Shown: positions 10,155-21,532 of the stretch, in pieces
Position numbering within the stretch: the stretch's first letter is position 1
Layout of the letters: the number at the start of each line of letters is the position of its first letter
DNA from: a bacterium
GTDB taxonomy: Bacteria > SAR324 > XYD2-FULL-50-16 > G965216635
Direction: 5' to 3'
Length of the DNA stretch: 64,000 bases
NCBI GenBank assembly: GCA_965216635.1
Contig: OZ244188.1
Location: forward strand, 512,001-576,000
Translations under genes and position numbers: made by a program
The notes under the pieces: model-generated
What the model was told of the DNA's origin: nothing
What the model saw: the letters and a program-made list of their open reading frames with translations, nothing else
Database searches by the model: none

Positions 10155-11009
10155 ATGAAATTATTATTTTCCATGTTAAATAAAGATGGGATTGGTTTGT
10201 TTTTAAAGGTTATTTTATTGGTTACTCTATCTAGCTTGATAAGTTGTAGTAATAAGGAAGGAGGTTCTAAACTGTTTGGAATTTTTTCTAGTTCTGGAAA
10301 AAATGTTGCTATTCCTGAAGGATTTTTTATTATGGGTTCAGAAAAAGGGAATACAGACGAGCAACCAGAAAGAAATATTTATACTTCTACTTTCTTAATA
10401 GACCAAACGGAAGTTTCTAAAGGAGAATACGCTGACTGTGTAGACTCCGGAATTTGCAATTTTCCTTTGGAAGGAAAAGGATTGGTTTGGGGAAAGGATG
10501 GAAAGGATGGAGAGGATAATTTGCCTATTAACGGGGTTAGCTGGTTTGATGCTCGTAACTACTGTCAATTTGTAGAGAAAAGACTACCCACAGAAGCGGA
10601 ATGGGAAAAAGCTGCTAGCTGGAAAAATGATGTTAAATATAAATATAGCAACGGAGAATATGATATTGATTGCGCATCGGCTAATTTTAAGAATATAGGT
10701 GATGAACTATGTCAAAAAACAGAGTTGGCGAAAGTAGGCTCTTTCCAGAAAGAAGTTAACGGCACCTATGATATGAACGGCAATCTTTGGGAATGGGTGC
10801 AAGATTGGTATACTTTGTCAGGGTTGGAAAATTTACAATCCCGAGATCCACAAGGACCCGAAAGTGGGCTTTTAAAAGTCAATAAAGGGGGTAGTTATTT
10901 AAGTAGTAAAAATTATATCCGCTCTAGTTTTAGAGGAGCCAATAGTCCTGTTGCTCGCTCTAAAGATATTGGATTTAGGTGTGCTCAAAGTATAAATAAA
11001 AAAAAATAG
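10155..11009 (+). CDS. Formylglycine-generating enzyme (SUMF1/FGE) family lipoprotein
   Basis: Lipobox LISC, RLPTEAEWEKAA, YDM.GN.WEW, GFRC. Confidence 0.9.
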   Translation: MKLLFSMLNKDGIGLFLKVILLVTLSSLISCSNKEGGSKLFGIFSSSGKNVAIPEGFFIMGSEKGNTDEQPERNIYTSTFLIDQTEVSKGEYADCVDSGICNFPLEGKGLVWGKDGKDGEDNLPINGVSWFDARNYCQFVEKRLPTEAEWEKAASWKNDVKYKYSNGEYDIDCASANFKNIGDELCQKTELAKVGSFQKEVNGTYDMNGNLWEWVQDWYTLSGLENLQSRDPQGPESGLLKVNKGGSYLSSKNYIRSSFRGANSPVARSKDIGFRCAQSINKKK

Positions 11010-11043
11010 GTTACCAAACTTCAGAAGTAACAGCAGAATTAAA

Positions 11044-11212
11044 TAGACCTTTGAATTTGTCAAATAGGACAAAACTAGCTGTGACGGCTAGGCTAGGCAA
11101 AAATTTTTTTTAGCTCGCAGGAATATTGAAGAGCATTTCTTCACAAATGGCAAGAGTTAAAAATTTTTTTTAACGTTGCATAGGCTAAACAGAATGCAAA
11201 TTCAAAAGTCTA
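11044..11212. mobile_element. MITE copy
   Basis: TAGACCTTTGAATTTG...CAAATTCAAAAGTCTA. Confidence 0.85.
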
Positions 11213-11271
11213 TTAAATATTCTTAGCCTAACTTGACTATCATCCAAAACCAATATAAAAATCTTCAAAAG

Positions 11272-12021
11272 ATGCCCCGTTTGCCACGCAGATGTAATTT
11301 TTTTTTTTTTATTTTTGTCTTATCAGGCTGTGTTGGTCTACTTCATAAGAATTTTGCAAAAATAACTCCATCCCAAATAGAAAATAGAATTGATTTACAT
11401 ATTCAAGATAAAGACGGCAATACAGCTTTGCACCTAGCCGCTAGAAATAGCACAAACCCAGCTGTTATTGAGGTTCTACTGAAAGCAGGAGCAGATATCT
11501 ATTCTTATAACAAAAAAGGATGGAATCCCTTACATGAAGCTGCAAGATATAATACAAATCCTACAATCGTTACCACCTTACTAGAAACAAGCGTAGATGT
11601 AGATATACTTACGCGAAATCGTTATACCCCATTGCATTTAGCAGCGAGAGGAAATAAAAATGCTGCTATTATCACTGTTTTGGTAGAAGCAAAAGCAGAG
11701 GTGAATGTTCGTGATAATAATGGTTGGACTCCTTTGCATTTAGCAGCTGATAGTGCTAATCTTGCTGTTATCTTAGCTTTACTGAAAGCAGGGACGAATG
11801 TGCATTCCCGAGATAGATTCGGCTTAACTCCACTGCACTGGGCAGCAGGGTACAATGATGATCCAGCTGTTATTGTTGCATTACTACAGGCAGGATCCGA
11901 TCTGCATAGTCTAGATCAAGCTGGTTTGAAACCATTATATTACGCCCAAAAACACAACAAAAATCCAGCGGTAATTAAAATTCTCATTCAAGCTAAAAGC
12001 AACAAGATCAATCAAATTTAA
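11272..12021 (+). CDS. Ankyrin repeat lipoprotein (~6 repeats)
   Basis: Repeated G.TPLHLAA...LL.AGAD units; lipobox LSGC; ATG 11272 preferred to TTG 11233. Confidence 0.9.
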   Translation: MPRLPRRCNFFFFIFVLSGCVGLLHKNFAKITPSQIENRIDLHIQDKDGNTALHLAARNSTNPAVIEVLLKAGADIYSYNKKGWNPLHEAARYNTNPTIVTTLLETSVDVDILTRNRYTPLHLAARGNKNAAIITVLVEAKAEVNVRDNNGWTPLHLAADSANLAVILALLKAGTNVHSRDRFGLTPLHWAAGYNDDPAVIVALLQAGSDLHSLDQAGLKPLYYAQKHNKNPAVIKILIQAKSNKINQI

Positions 12022-12024
12022 TTT

Positions 12025-12087
12025 GAGACCTTTGCCAGATAATTTTTAAAACAGGTGAAATTGGGTATTCCAACGTTCAAAGGTCTC
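12025..12087. mobile_element. 63-bp minimal element with the MITE family ends
   Basis: GAGACCTTTG...CAAAGGTCTC between convergent genes. Confidence 0.6.
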
Positions 12088-12091
12088 AAAA

Positions 12092-13366
12092 TTAGTTAGC
12101 AGTTTTCTCGGTTCTCTTATTCCATCTTTCTGGTTTCCACCGAGATTCGGCCCATCTCCATTGCGATGGATATTTTCGGATATGCTTTTCTAATGCAGTG
12201 GTGTAGATTTGAGTTAGTTTTTCTTCACTCATTTCCTTAGAATAAGGTGGTTTGGAGAGAAATTCGTAACAAAAGATATGCTTACCATCTCTGGTTCTGT
12301 AGTTAAAGCAGGATACTACAGGTTGATTATATTTTATGGCTAGTCTTGCAGGAGAGACGACAGTCCTTGTTTCTCTACCAAAGAATTCGCAATAAACACT
12401 TTCTGAAAGAACATCTAAATCTATAAGTAAATGAAGGCAATGTTTTTTTTTCAAAGTATTTATAATCTTAAATGGTAGATTTTTGTCTGTAGATGCAATA
12501 GTTTCAAAACCTTTAGCATTGCGAAAATGTTTTGAAAACCATTTTGCTAGCTCGTGATCTTCTTTGCCTAGTAAGATGCCTTTTAATTTTGCTAATTCAA
12601 AAGAATAGGTACCAAATTCCCAATTCGCAAAATGTCCATTAATAATAATCGCTCCAGTCTTTGTAATCGCCTTTGTCACCTGTGGATTTGTATTTTCTAA
12701 CCAATTATCAATGTTTTTTCCATATTCTATTTTTTTTATTGTCTCAAAAAAAGTTTTTCCTAAACTTTCAAAAGATTCAATTGCTGTTTGTTGGATTTTT
12801 TCAACACTCCAGTTTGGAAAAGCCATTTTAATCTGTTGTAAGGCTATGTTTCTCCTTCTTCTGTTAAATCTATAGCTAAAATTTCCAAACCATTTACCTG
12901 CAATAGGATTGGCACCAATGGGAAAGTGTTTTTCTAATTTTTCAATGGCGTAGTAAAAGAAATTATTTCTTTTATTTTTGGCTTCTTTTTTATATACATC
13001 CATTTTTTTACTGCCATCTTTTTTGAGTTTATCAAAATTTTTCTGTAAATTTTTCTTTTTTTTATTGAGATAATCCAAAGTTTCTTTACCAGTTTGATTA
13101 GCAGTTTCTATTTTTTTCTTACCCTCTTTGGTTAAAAATTCTATTTTCTTTTTCCCTGTTTTCTGCAAAGAATCTATTTTTTTCTTTCCAGTTTGCGTGA
13201 AAGATTGAATGGCATCTTTATCCAAAGATTGAATATTGTCCTTCCACATACTAGGTTGCCATTTTCCGCCCATTTTTTTCGCTATTTTCATGAATCTAGT
13301 TGCCCAGCTTTCCATTTTACCAGATAATTTTTCTGTTTCTTTTTTTAATTTGCTGTATTTTACCAT
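12092..13366 (-). CDS. Lipid A acyltransferase (LpxL/HtrB family) with Lys-rich N-terminal extension
   Basis: GHFANWE catalytic motif, FFG, I.KYPSQWRW...RWK. Confidence 0.85.
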   Translation of the reverse strand: MVKYSKLKKETEKLSGKMESWATRFMKIAKKMGGKWQPSMWKDNIQSLDKDAIQSFTQTGKKKIDSLQKTGKKKIEFLTKEGKKKIETANQTGKETLDYLNKKKKNLQKNFDKLKKDGSKKMDVYKKEAKNKRNNFFYYAIEKLEKHFPIGANPIAGKWFGNFSYRFNRRRRNIALQQIKMAFPNWSVEKIQQTAIESFESLGKTFFETIKKIEYGKNIDNWLENTNPQVTKAITKTGAIIINGHFANWEFGTYSFELAKLKGILLGKEDHELAKWFSKHFRNAKGFETIASTDKNLPFKIINTLKKKHCLHLLIDLDVLSESVYCEFFGRETRTVVSPARLAIKYNQPVVSCFNYRTRDGKHIFCYEFLSKPPYSKEMSEEKLTQIYTTALEKHIRKYPSQWRWAESRWKPERWNKRTEKTAN

Positions 13367-13379
13367 AGTGTTTATCTTA

Positions 13380-13627
13380 TAAAACCTTTGAATTTGCCAA
13401 ATAGAATAAAACTAGCTGTGACGGCAACACTTCTAGTTCATACAGGCTATAGTGAAACCTCCACGGGAGGTTTCACTAGTCTAATTGTGCTGTATGCACA
13501 GTTTATTATGTTTTTTACTACGAAGGCAAAAAAAAATTTTGGGTTGCAGGAATACTCAAGTATTTCAAGGGACAAAATTTTTTTTCAACAATGTATAGGC
13601 TAAACATAAAGCAAATTCAAAAGTCTA
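13380..13627. mobile_element. MITE copy whose end overlaps the gatB stop codon
   Basis: TAAAACCTTTGAATTTG...AATTCAAAAGTCTA; internal hairpin AGTGAAACCTCC-ACG-GGAGGTTTCACT. Confidence 0.8.
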
Positions 13628-15121
13628 TTTTAATAGTTCTTTAAGTTGAGAAGTAACTATCTGAGGGCTAGCTTTACCTTTAGATTGTTGCATAACCCGT
13701 CCTACAAAAAAACCAAAAACTCTATCTTTCCCCGACTTATATTTTTCTACTTCAGTTGGATTAGCAGAAACTACCTGTTGACACCAATCTGCTATCATCT
13801 TTGTATCTAATAGTTGAGTTAAACCCTTTTCTTCTACAATCTGCTTAGGCGATTTATCCGATTGAGCCAAAGAAGGCAATAGAGTTTTTGCTATTTTATT
13901 GCTAATTGTACCATTTTCTATTAATTCTATCAACTGGAAAATTTTTTGAGGATTTATTTTTGTTTCTACTAATTCTTTTTTTTCTTCGTTGATATATTTA
14001 GAAATATCTCCCATAATCCAATTCGCCAAAGTTTTTGGAAAATTTTTTCCATTAGTTTTACTTTCTTCTTTGGTTTTTTCTTTAGGAGTTGTTTTATTTT
14101 GGGCTATTTCTTTTTTTAGAGCTATCCCTTCTTCAAAAAATTTTGAAAATCCACCTAAAGTAATAGCAGCGGCGTCTTTAGGATTTAACTCGTAATCTTT
14201 TTGATACCTTTCCATTTTTTGATCGGGCAACTCTGGTAAATCTTTCTGAATCTGTTCAACCCAATTTTTTTCTAGCTTGATAACTGATAAATCTGGGCAA
14301 GGAAAATAACGATAATCATCTGCTTCTTCTTTTTTCCGCATTGTAAATGTTTTTTTCAAAGCAGGATTATAAAGACGGGTTTCTTGTTGGACAATCTCAC
14401 CGTCTAAAAGTAAATCCGACTGTCTATTAATCTCATAATCTATAGCCTGCTGAATAAAACGGAATGAATTCAGATTTTTTGTTTCTGTGCGAGTTCCGAA
14501 CTCTTTTTCACCTTTTAGCCGTAAAGAAATATTTGCATCACAACGTAGATTGCCTTTTTCCATATTTCCCCAGCAAATATCTAAGGCAGTGACCAAAGAA
14601 TGGATTTTTTGCACATAAATTTTTGCCTCTGCAGAGCTGCGAATATCAGGCTCTGATACGATTTCAACTAAAGGAGTTCCCGCTCTATTTAAATCCACAT
14701 AAGAAGCATTCGCATCGGATCCCTCGTGGGTAAGTTTTCCAGCGTCCTCTTCTAAATGGATGCGAGTAATCCCTGTTTTTTTAATTTTCCCACCAACTTC
14801 TATTTCTAAAAAACCATTTTCACAAATAGGTTTGTCGTATTGGGAGATTTGATAGGCTTTGGGAAGATCGGGATAAAAATAATTTTTACGAGCAAATTCT
14901 GAATCCAAGCGAATTTTACAATTTGTAGCTAAACCCAGCATTGTTACAAATTCTATGGCTCTTTGGTTCACTGTCGGTAGTGCACCGGGCAGCCCCAAAC
15001 AAACGGGACAAGTATTGTGATTGGGAGGAGCAACTACATCTACGGCGCAACGACAAAATAGCTTGCTTTTTGTAGCTAGTTGTGCGTGTATTTCTAGTCC
15101 TATTACTGGTTCAAATTCCAT
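13625..15121 (-). CDS. gatB: Asp-tRNA(Asn)/Glu-tRNA(Gln) amidotransferase subunit B
   Basis: IGLEIHAQL, RKNYFYPDLPKAYQISQ, HLEEDAGK, LRCDANIS. Confidence 0.97.
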   Translation of the reverse strand: MEFEPVIGLEIHAQLATKSKLFCRCAVDVVAPPNHNTCPVCLGLPGALPTVNQRAIEFVTMLGLATNCKIRLDSEFARKNYFYPDLPKAYQISQYDKPICENGFLEIEVGGKIKKTGITRIHLEEDAGKLTHEGSDANASYVDLNRAGTPLVEIVSEPDIRSSAEAKIYVQKIHSLVTALDICWGNMEKGNLRCDANISLRLKGEKEFGTRTETKNLNSFRFIQQAIDYEINRQSDLLLDGEIVQQETRLYNPALKKTFTMRKKEEADDYRYFPCPDLSVIKLEKNWVEQIQKDLPELPDQKMERYQKDYELNPKDAAAITLGGFSKFFEEGIALKKEIAQNKTTPKEKTKEESKTNGKNFPKTLANWIMGDISKYINEEKKELVETKINPQKIFQLIELIENGTISNKIAKTLLPSLAQSDKSPKQIVEEKGLTQLLDTKMIADWCQQVVSANPTEVEKYKSGKDRVFGFFVGRVMQQSKGKASPQIVTSQLKELLK

Positions 15122-15138
15122 AATTAATTTTCTAAATC

Positions 15139-15268
15139 AGACATTCTAGTTCGGCTATACTGCGTTAAAATTTTTTTTTAACTCTCAAAGTGCTCTCATT
15201 ATTCCTGCGAGCTAAAATTTTTTTTTTTGCCTTGTCTAGCCTTCCTATAATGCCTAATTCAAAGGTCT
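15139..15268. mobile_element. Partial/hybrid MITE copy
   Basis: AGACATTCTAGTTCGGC...TTCCTGCGAGCTAAAA...AATTCAAAGGTC. Confidence 0.65.
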
Positions 15269-15359
15269 TGTTATTGTAGCAAATAGCTTTAGTTTAGTTT
15301 GTTTTTTGTAAGAAAGTTTGTTGTTTGATTTTTACCTTTTAGCATATACTTTTCTCCTG

Positions 15360-15686
15360 TTACTGACCATGGTTTGATAATATATTTTTAGATAATTCTA
15401 ATAAACATTCTTTTTCTATCTCTTCAGGTAAATATTTTTTTACCCATTTCCAATTGGTTCGCCTTCCTGATTCCCCTGGTGGTTTTCCTGATAAGGTACA
15501 TTGACTAGAAAATTTTTTGCCTTCTTCCTTGAGCATTGCACAAATATTTTGCACTTTCATTTTCACAGAAGCTAACGACCTATTTTGTAATTTAGTAATT
15601 TCTTGTTCAGTAAAATTGTTCCTTCCATAAAGAGCAATATAGGTGCATAACATAATTTCTTCTTCTGTATAATATTTTTTATTCAC
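15360..15686 (-). CDS. Hypothetical protein (108 aa)
   Basis: ORF co-oriented with neighbours; R...SVKMK..N pattern suggests a small HTH-like domain. Confidence 0.6.
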   Translation of the reverse strand: MNKKYYTEEEIMLCTYIALYGRNNFTEQEITKLQNRSLASVKMKVQNICAMLKEEGKKFSSQCTLSGKPPGESGRRTNWKWVKKYLPEEIEKECLLELSKNILSNHGQ

Positions 15687-15711
15687 AATTTACTTCTTTT
15701 GTTATTGTATT

Positions 15712-16410
15712 TTATTGATCTTTAATATTTAACACTCTTTCATCTTCTTCTGTTAGCTTAATTTTTATGTTATTTAATGTATTCCCTCCGATATAAGCAT
15801 TTGCTGCTGCAACTAAAACGGGAAAAACCCTTCGAATATCACCCGATGAGCCAGATGACATAATTGTAGTTTTCCAAACCTGTAGAATCTTTTTATTTTT
15901 TAAATATATTTTTGAATTAATAGCTTCTAAAATTATATAACGTGTATAAGTGGTGTGTGTTCTAGTATATGGTTTATACCCAGTAACGCCATATGATGAA
16001 TTATAAATAGTGCTGCCAGAATAAGTAGAAGTACCTCCAAAACTATTTATACTACCAGAAGTAGTTGAACTAGAGATTCCTTTTTGTCCCCATATTGGCT
16101 TATAACCTGCAGATTGATTAGTTTTAGGTTCACTAATTCCGTATTGTAAAAATATAATTATATCAGAATGTGCCATGCTAGAAGACTGAATGTATCCTCT
16201 CGAAATTAAAGCCTTATGAATAAATGCAGAATATTCTTGATACTGCAAATCATTTGTATTTAAATTTTTCATGCTTGATGTTAACCAATACTTTGTTCCA
16301 ATATTTACTTCGCCTTTGGCATCACTAATTGAATTAACATATACAACAAACTGTGGTAAACTTGTACAGTTTACCAATATCACAGATATAATGATAATTA
16401 AGACCTTCAT
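15712..16410 (-). CDS. Lipoprotein, DUF4136-like
   Basis: Lipobox LVNC; L..RGY...DIII..QY; Ser/Thr/Gly-rich loop; VW.T..S.G motif. Confidence 0.65.
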   Translation of the reverse strand: MKVLIIIISVILVNCTSLPQFVVYVNSISDAKGEVNIGTKYWLTSSMKNLNTNDLQYQEYSAFIHKALISRGYIQSSSMAHSDIIIFLQYGISEPKTNQSAGYKPIWGQKGISSSTTSGSINSFGGTSTYSGSTIYNSSYGVTGYKPYTRTHTTYTRYIILEAINSKIYLKNKKILQVWKTTIMSSGSSGDIRRVFPVLVAAANAYIGGNTLNNIKIKLTEEDERVLNIKDQ

Positions 16411-16482
16411 ATTTTTCTTATTTTAAAGCTAATACTTGATTTTAAGCCAAAACAAACCTTACTCCAACAACAATTTTTTTTC

Positions 16483-16617
16483 TTAATGCACAGCGTCGCC
16501 TAGTGCGATAAGAGTACCTTCTATGGCTCTAATATAGGAAACTGTCTGTCCCCAAGGTTTTTTTTGTGGAGGGCTAACAGCAACAGCTCCTTCGTCTTAC
16601 TGGTTCAAATTCCATAA
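16483..16617 (-). repeat. Chimeric scar: 114-bp copy of the VOC gene 3' end (18641-18754) joined to a 21-bp copy of the gatB start (15103-15123)
   Basis: Direct sequence comparison. Confidence 0.9.
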
Positions 16618-16620
16618 CTT

Positions 16621-16780
16621 GAGACGAATTAGCGTTCTGTTTAGCCAAAACAAGCTTATTGCTTGACGCTTTTTATGGGCTATTTGTGAAACAGCCAAAG
16701 GGCTATTTCACATTTCATTCTTGCTGAACGTTCAGTTTTGTAGTGTTTAGCACTACGCTGTTTAAAAAAAATTTAACTCT
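16621..16780. mobile_element. Partial MITE copy
   Basis: GAATTAGCGTTCTGTTTAGCCAAAACAAGC... shared with 5614-5904 and 39531-39773. Confidence 0.75.
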
Positions 16781-18623
16781 CAAAATACTCTATCGCCCAT
16801 AGTTGTTCACAAATCCTTTTTACAAGTTCTTTTCTTTCTTCAATGTCTTGTTTTTTAAAATTAGAGTGTTCTTTAAATTTCAAGCCTTGTATTTTTTGAG
16901 ATTTTAAGAAGTTAGGGTTATTTTCATAAAATTTCGGATGTAAAGTTTGTGCATAAGTATTTTCCCTCAAATAGTGTTCTAATTTTTTTTTATATTTCTT
17001 TTTGCCATAAGATTGGTTGCTTCTATTCGGTAAAAGTATCAAAGCTCCAATGGAGTTTCGCCATCTTTTAAAATCTGTGTCTTGTTCAAATTCTTCTCTA
17101 TATTCTTCAAAGTTATCGTTCCAAAGATGCTCAATTTCAAATGGTCTCCCCTCATCAGGATGGTGATAATCACTATATTTAGAGTTTTGTCCTATAAGCC
17201 CATCTATATATCCTGATATTCTTGAGAGTAGGTGTTTAACAAATTTTTTATTTTGACCATGCAATCTAAAATCTAAAATTCCTTTCCACTCTTGACTAAT
17301 ATTATTAATCTCTACAATCAAATTCTTTTTTAATGCATCTAAATTGTTATTGCGGATCAATTTAATTTTTTCAAATATTGTATGTCTAATAGATGAAGAT
17401 GCAAAACTGTTATAGTTAACAGCTCTTCGCACAGTAAATGTTTCTATATACCTTGCTGTAAAATCAAGTTTCTTTTTGATTATATCGTCCTCATCTTCAT
17501 AACTCACAGATGAAAGTAATAATGAATTTTGCAATGCTGGAGCTATCCCCCAATATTGAATATAACAAAGGTGGGGAATTGTAGTATCAAAACTTGTTTT
17601 TTTAATTTTTAGATACCATTTTACATAAAAAGGAAATTGATTTTTAAAAAATTGATAAAAATTTTCTGTTGTTTCTAGGTTGAATAGTGTTTTTTCATTA
17701 TCTCTAAACCAACTATGAAATCGAGAACCTATTAATTCAAAATCTTTATCTTGAGATCCTTTTTCTCTTGGCCTTATAGTTTCTGCATATTTGCTTCTAA
17801 ACCAAGCCTGAAAAAAAGATATATCAGCATTTTTTTCATCTATTTGATTATTTAATTCTTGTATTTGTAATTTCCATATTTTTTCAATTTCTGTTTGTTG
17901 TTCTAGATTAGTTATTTTTGATAAAACATAGCCTTTGAGCATTTCTGTAGAGGTAAGGTTTAAACCTCTATCATTCATTGTTTCAAAAATCGTGTAAGCA
18001 TTTTCATTAGAACAAGCAATAATTTCTACAACAATTATTTTTTCTTTAAGCCAGTCTATAAAATAAGACAAGGCTTGTTTATCTATTGCTTCTGGGAAAG
18101 ATTCACGAATTTCGTTGTACCTTTCTACCATATTGCGTACCGTTTTATTTTCATTTTCTTGAGGTTCATATTTACCATTTTCAAACAATGCCTTTAAACA
18201 AGGTTCTCTTATTATATCACTTATATTAAAGGATTGTTCACCATATTGTTCTGAGTAGATTAAATTACTTATTGCGTTTCTTATGCTGTGATTTGGTTCA
18301 TCTTCAGGTAGAGAATGGAATAGGTATATTAAAAATAAAGTAATAGATGTTATGCGCTGTTGACCGTCAATTATAGATTTTTTACCATTATTTGGGTTAA
18401 CGCTAAATACCATCGGACCTAAATAGTAGCTTTGATAATTGGCTACTTCAGTTCGTTTATGGTTTGGTTCATAAGATTTTAAAAAAGTATTTGTTAAGTC
18501 CTCAATAAGAGATTTAATATGTTGTTGTTTCCAACGATATTCTCTTTGAAAATAATCAATATAAAATTTTTGTCCACCTAATATTTCTGAGATATTTCTA
18601 TCATTTGCATCAATGCTACTCAT
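16773..18623 (-). CDS. GmrSD-like DUF262/DUF1524 protein (modification-dependent restriction candidate)
   Basis: FQREYRW, IIDGQQRIT, IFETMNDRG; C-terminal IEH...IGALILL...N HNH-like motif. Confidence 0.88.
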   Translation of the reverse strand: MSSIDANDRNISEILGGQKFYIDYFQREYRWKQQHIKSLIEDLTNTFLKSYEPNHKRTEVANYQSYYLGPMVFSVNPNNGKKSIIDGQQRITSITLFLIYLFHSLPEDEPNHSIRNAISNLIYSEQYGEQSFNISDIIREPCLKALFENGKYEPQENENKTVRNMVERYNEIRESFPEAIDKQALSYFIDWLKEKIIVVEIIACSNENAYTIFETMNDRGLNLTSTEMLKGYVLSKITNLEQQTEIEKIWKLQIQELNNQIDEKNADISFFQAWFRSKYAETIRPREKGSQDKDFELIGSRFHSWFRDNEKTLFNLETTENFYQFFKNQFPFYVKWYLKIKKTSFDTTIPHLCYIQYWGIAPALQNSLLLSSVSYEDEDDIIKKKLDFTARYIETFTVRRAVNYNSFASSSIRHTIFEKIKLIRNNNLDALKKNLIVEINNISQEWKGILDFRLHGQNKKFVKHLLSRISGYIDGLIGQNSKYSDYHHPDEGRPFEIEHLWNDNFEEYREEFEQDTDFKRWRNSIGALILLPNRSNQSYGKKKYKKKLEHYLRENTYAQTLHPKFYENNPNFLKSQKIQGLKFKEHSNFKKQDIEERKELVKRICEQLWAIEYFES

Positions 18624-18640
18624 AATATTTTTTTAGTTAA

Positions 18641-19030
18641 TTAATGCACAGAATCGCCTAGTGCGATAAGAGTGCCTTCTATGGCTCTAATATAGGAAAC
18701 AGTCTGTCCCCAAGGTTTTTTTTGTGGAGGGCTAACAGCAACAGCTCCTTCGTCCAAAGCTTTGTTGTAAGCAGATTCTACATTTTCTACGATAAAGCCC
18801 AATTCAAAACCCAAAGGATTTTCCCTAATATCACTTTTTGTGTATTTTCCGTCTAAATTCATTTTGCCTAGTTTGTGATTGGCAAAAGCAAGAACACAAT
18901 CTCCAGTCTGTAATTCTCCGTAGTCTTTTCCGTCGTGTAAAAATTTCAATTCAAAACCAAAGGCTTTTTGATAAAAATCTAAAACTTTTTCAACATCTGT
19001 GACATAGATTATGGTGTATTGGTACTTCAT
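18641..19030 (-). CDS. VOC/glyoxalase family protein
   Basis: YV.DV...DFY..AFG, PQKKPWGQ..SY. Confidence 0.9.
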   Translation of the reverse strand: MKYQYTIIYVTDVEKVLDFYQKAFGFELKFLHDGKDYGELQTGDCVLAFANHKLGKMNLDGKYTKSDIRENPLGFELGFIVENVESAYNKALDEGAVAVSPPQKKPWGQTVSYIRAIEGTLIALGDSVH

Positions 19031-19071
19031 CTTTAAAGGATTTAATTGTAATATTTTTTAATTTTAATAAT

Positions 19072-19161
<90 letters not shown>

Positions 19162-19185
19162 TATAATTCAATAGTTTTGTTTGTG

Positions 19186-19269
19186 CGGAGGGGGAGGGAT
19201 TCGAACCCCCGAAGCTTTTGGCTTAACGGTTTTCAAGACCGCCGGTTTCAACCACTCACCCACCCCTCC
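19186..19269 (-). tRNA. tRNA-Ser(TGA)
   Basis: Anticodon arm GCGGT-CT TGA AA-ACCGT, T-loop GGTTCGAATCC; CCA not encoded. Confidence 0.93.
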
Positions 19270-19298
19270 GATAATTTTAAGAAATCTTGATGCAATAT

Positions 19299-19480
19299 GA
19301 GACCTTTGAATTAGCGTTATGCTTAACCAAAGCAATCGTTAAAAAAAAAATCAACTCTTGCCATTTGTGAAGAAATGCTCTCCAGTATTCCTGCAAGCTA
19401 AATTTTTTTTTTGCACTTTTCTAACCATTTGGCTAGCCGTCACAGCTAGTTTTATTCTATTTGGCAAATTCAAAGGTCTC
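19299..19480. mobile_element. MITE copy
   Basis: GAGACCTTTGAATT...AATTCAAAGGTCTC perfect terminal inverted repeat. Confidence 0.85.
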
Positions 19481-19522
19481 AATGTTTCTTGCAAAATTCT
19501 TTCTAAAGAAAAGAATAAAGTT

Positions 19523-21254
<1,732 letters not shown>

Positions 21255-21341
21255 TTTACTAATTTTAGGTTATTTTTAAGTTAGATTAACATAAAAAATG
21301 AATAAAAACAAATTTAAAAGGTAATTTAAAAAAAAAACGTA

Positions 21342-21370
21342 TTGACAATTTTTTTTTAAGCAATTATTAT
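21342..21370 (+). promoter_or_regulatory. Sigma70-type promoter for SRP RNA/rpsB operon
   Basis: TTGACA-17 nt-TATTAT, 7 nt before the RNA stem. Confidence 0.75.
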
Positions 21371-21377
21371 ATTTTTT

Positions 21378-21454
21378 GCCAGAGCAACTGGACAGTATGA
21401 ACCGTGTCAGATCCGAGAGGAAGCAGCTCTAAGTTCTGAAAGGTGTGTTCTGGC
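21378..21454 (+). ncRNA. ffs: Small SRP RNA (4.5S)
   Basis: Helix-8 signature GTCAGATCC-GAGA-GGAAGCAGC inside terminal stem GCCAGAGCA...TGTTCTGGC. Confidence 0.8.
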
Positions 21455-21532
21455 TCCTTAATTCAAAATTTCAAGAGAGTTTTCAGATTCAAAAATCTCT
21501 CAATAATCGTAAACTAAAATACCCGAAATCAT

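Noticed and set aside
15360..18623. Integron cassette array with MITEs as attC sites
   Set aside because: No IntI, no consistent RYYYAAC/GTTRRRY ends, and the same repeats flank housekeeping genes
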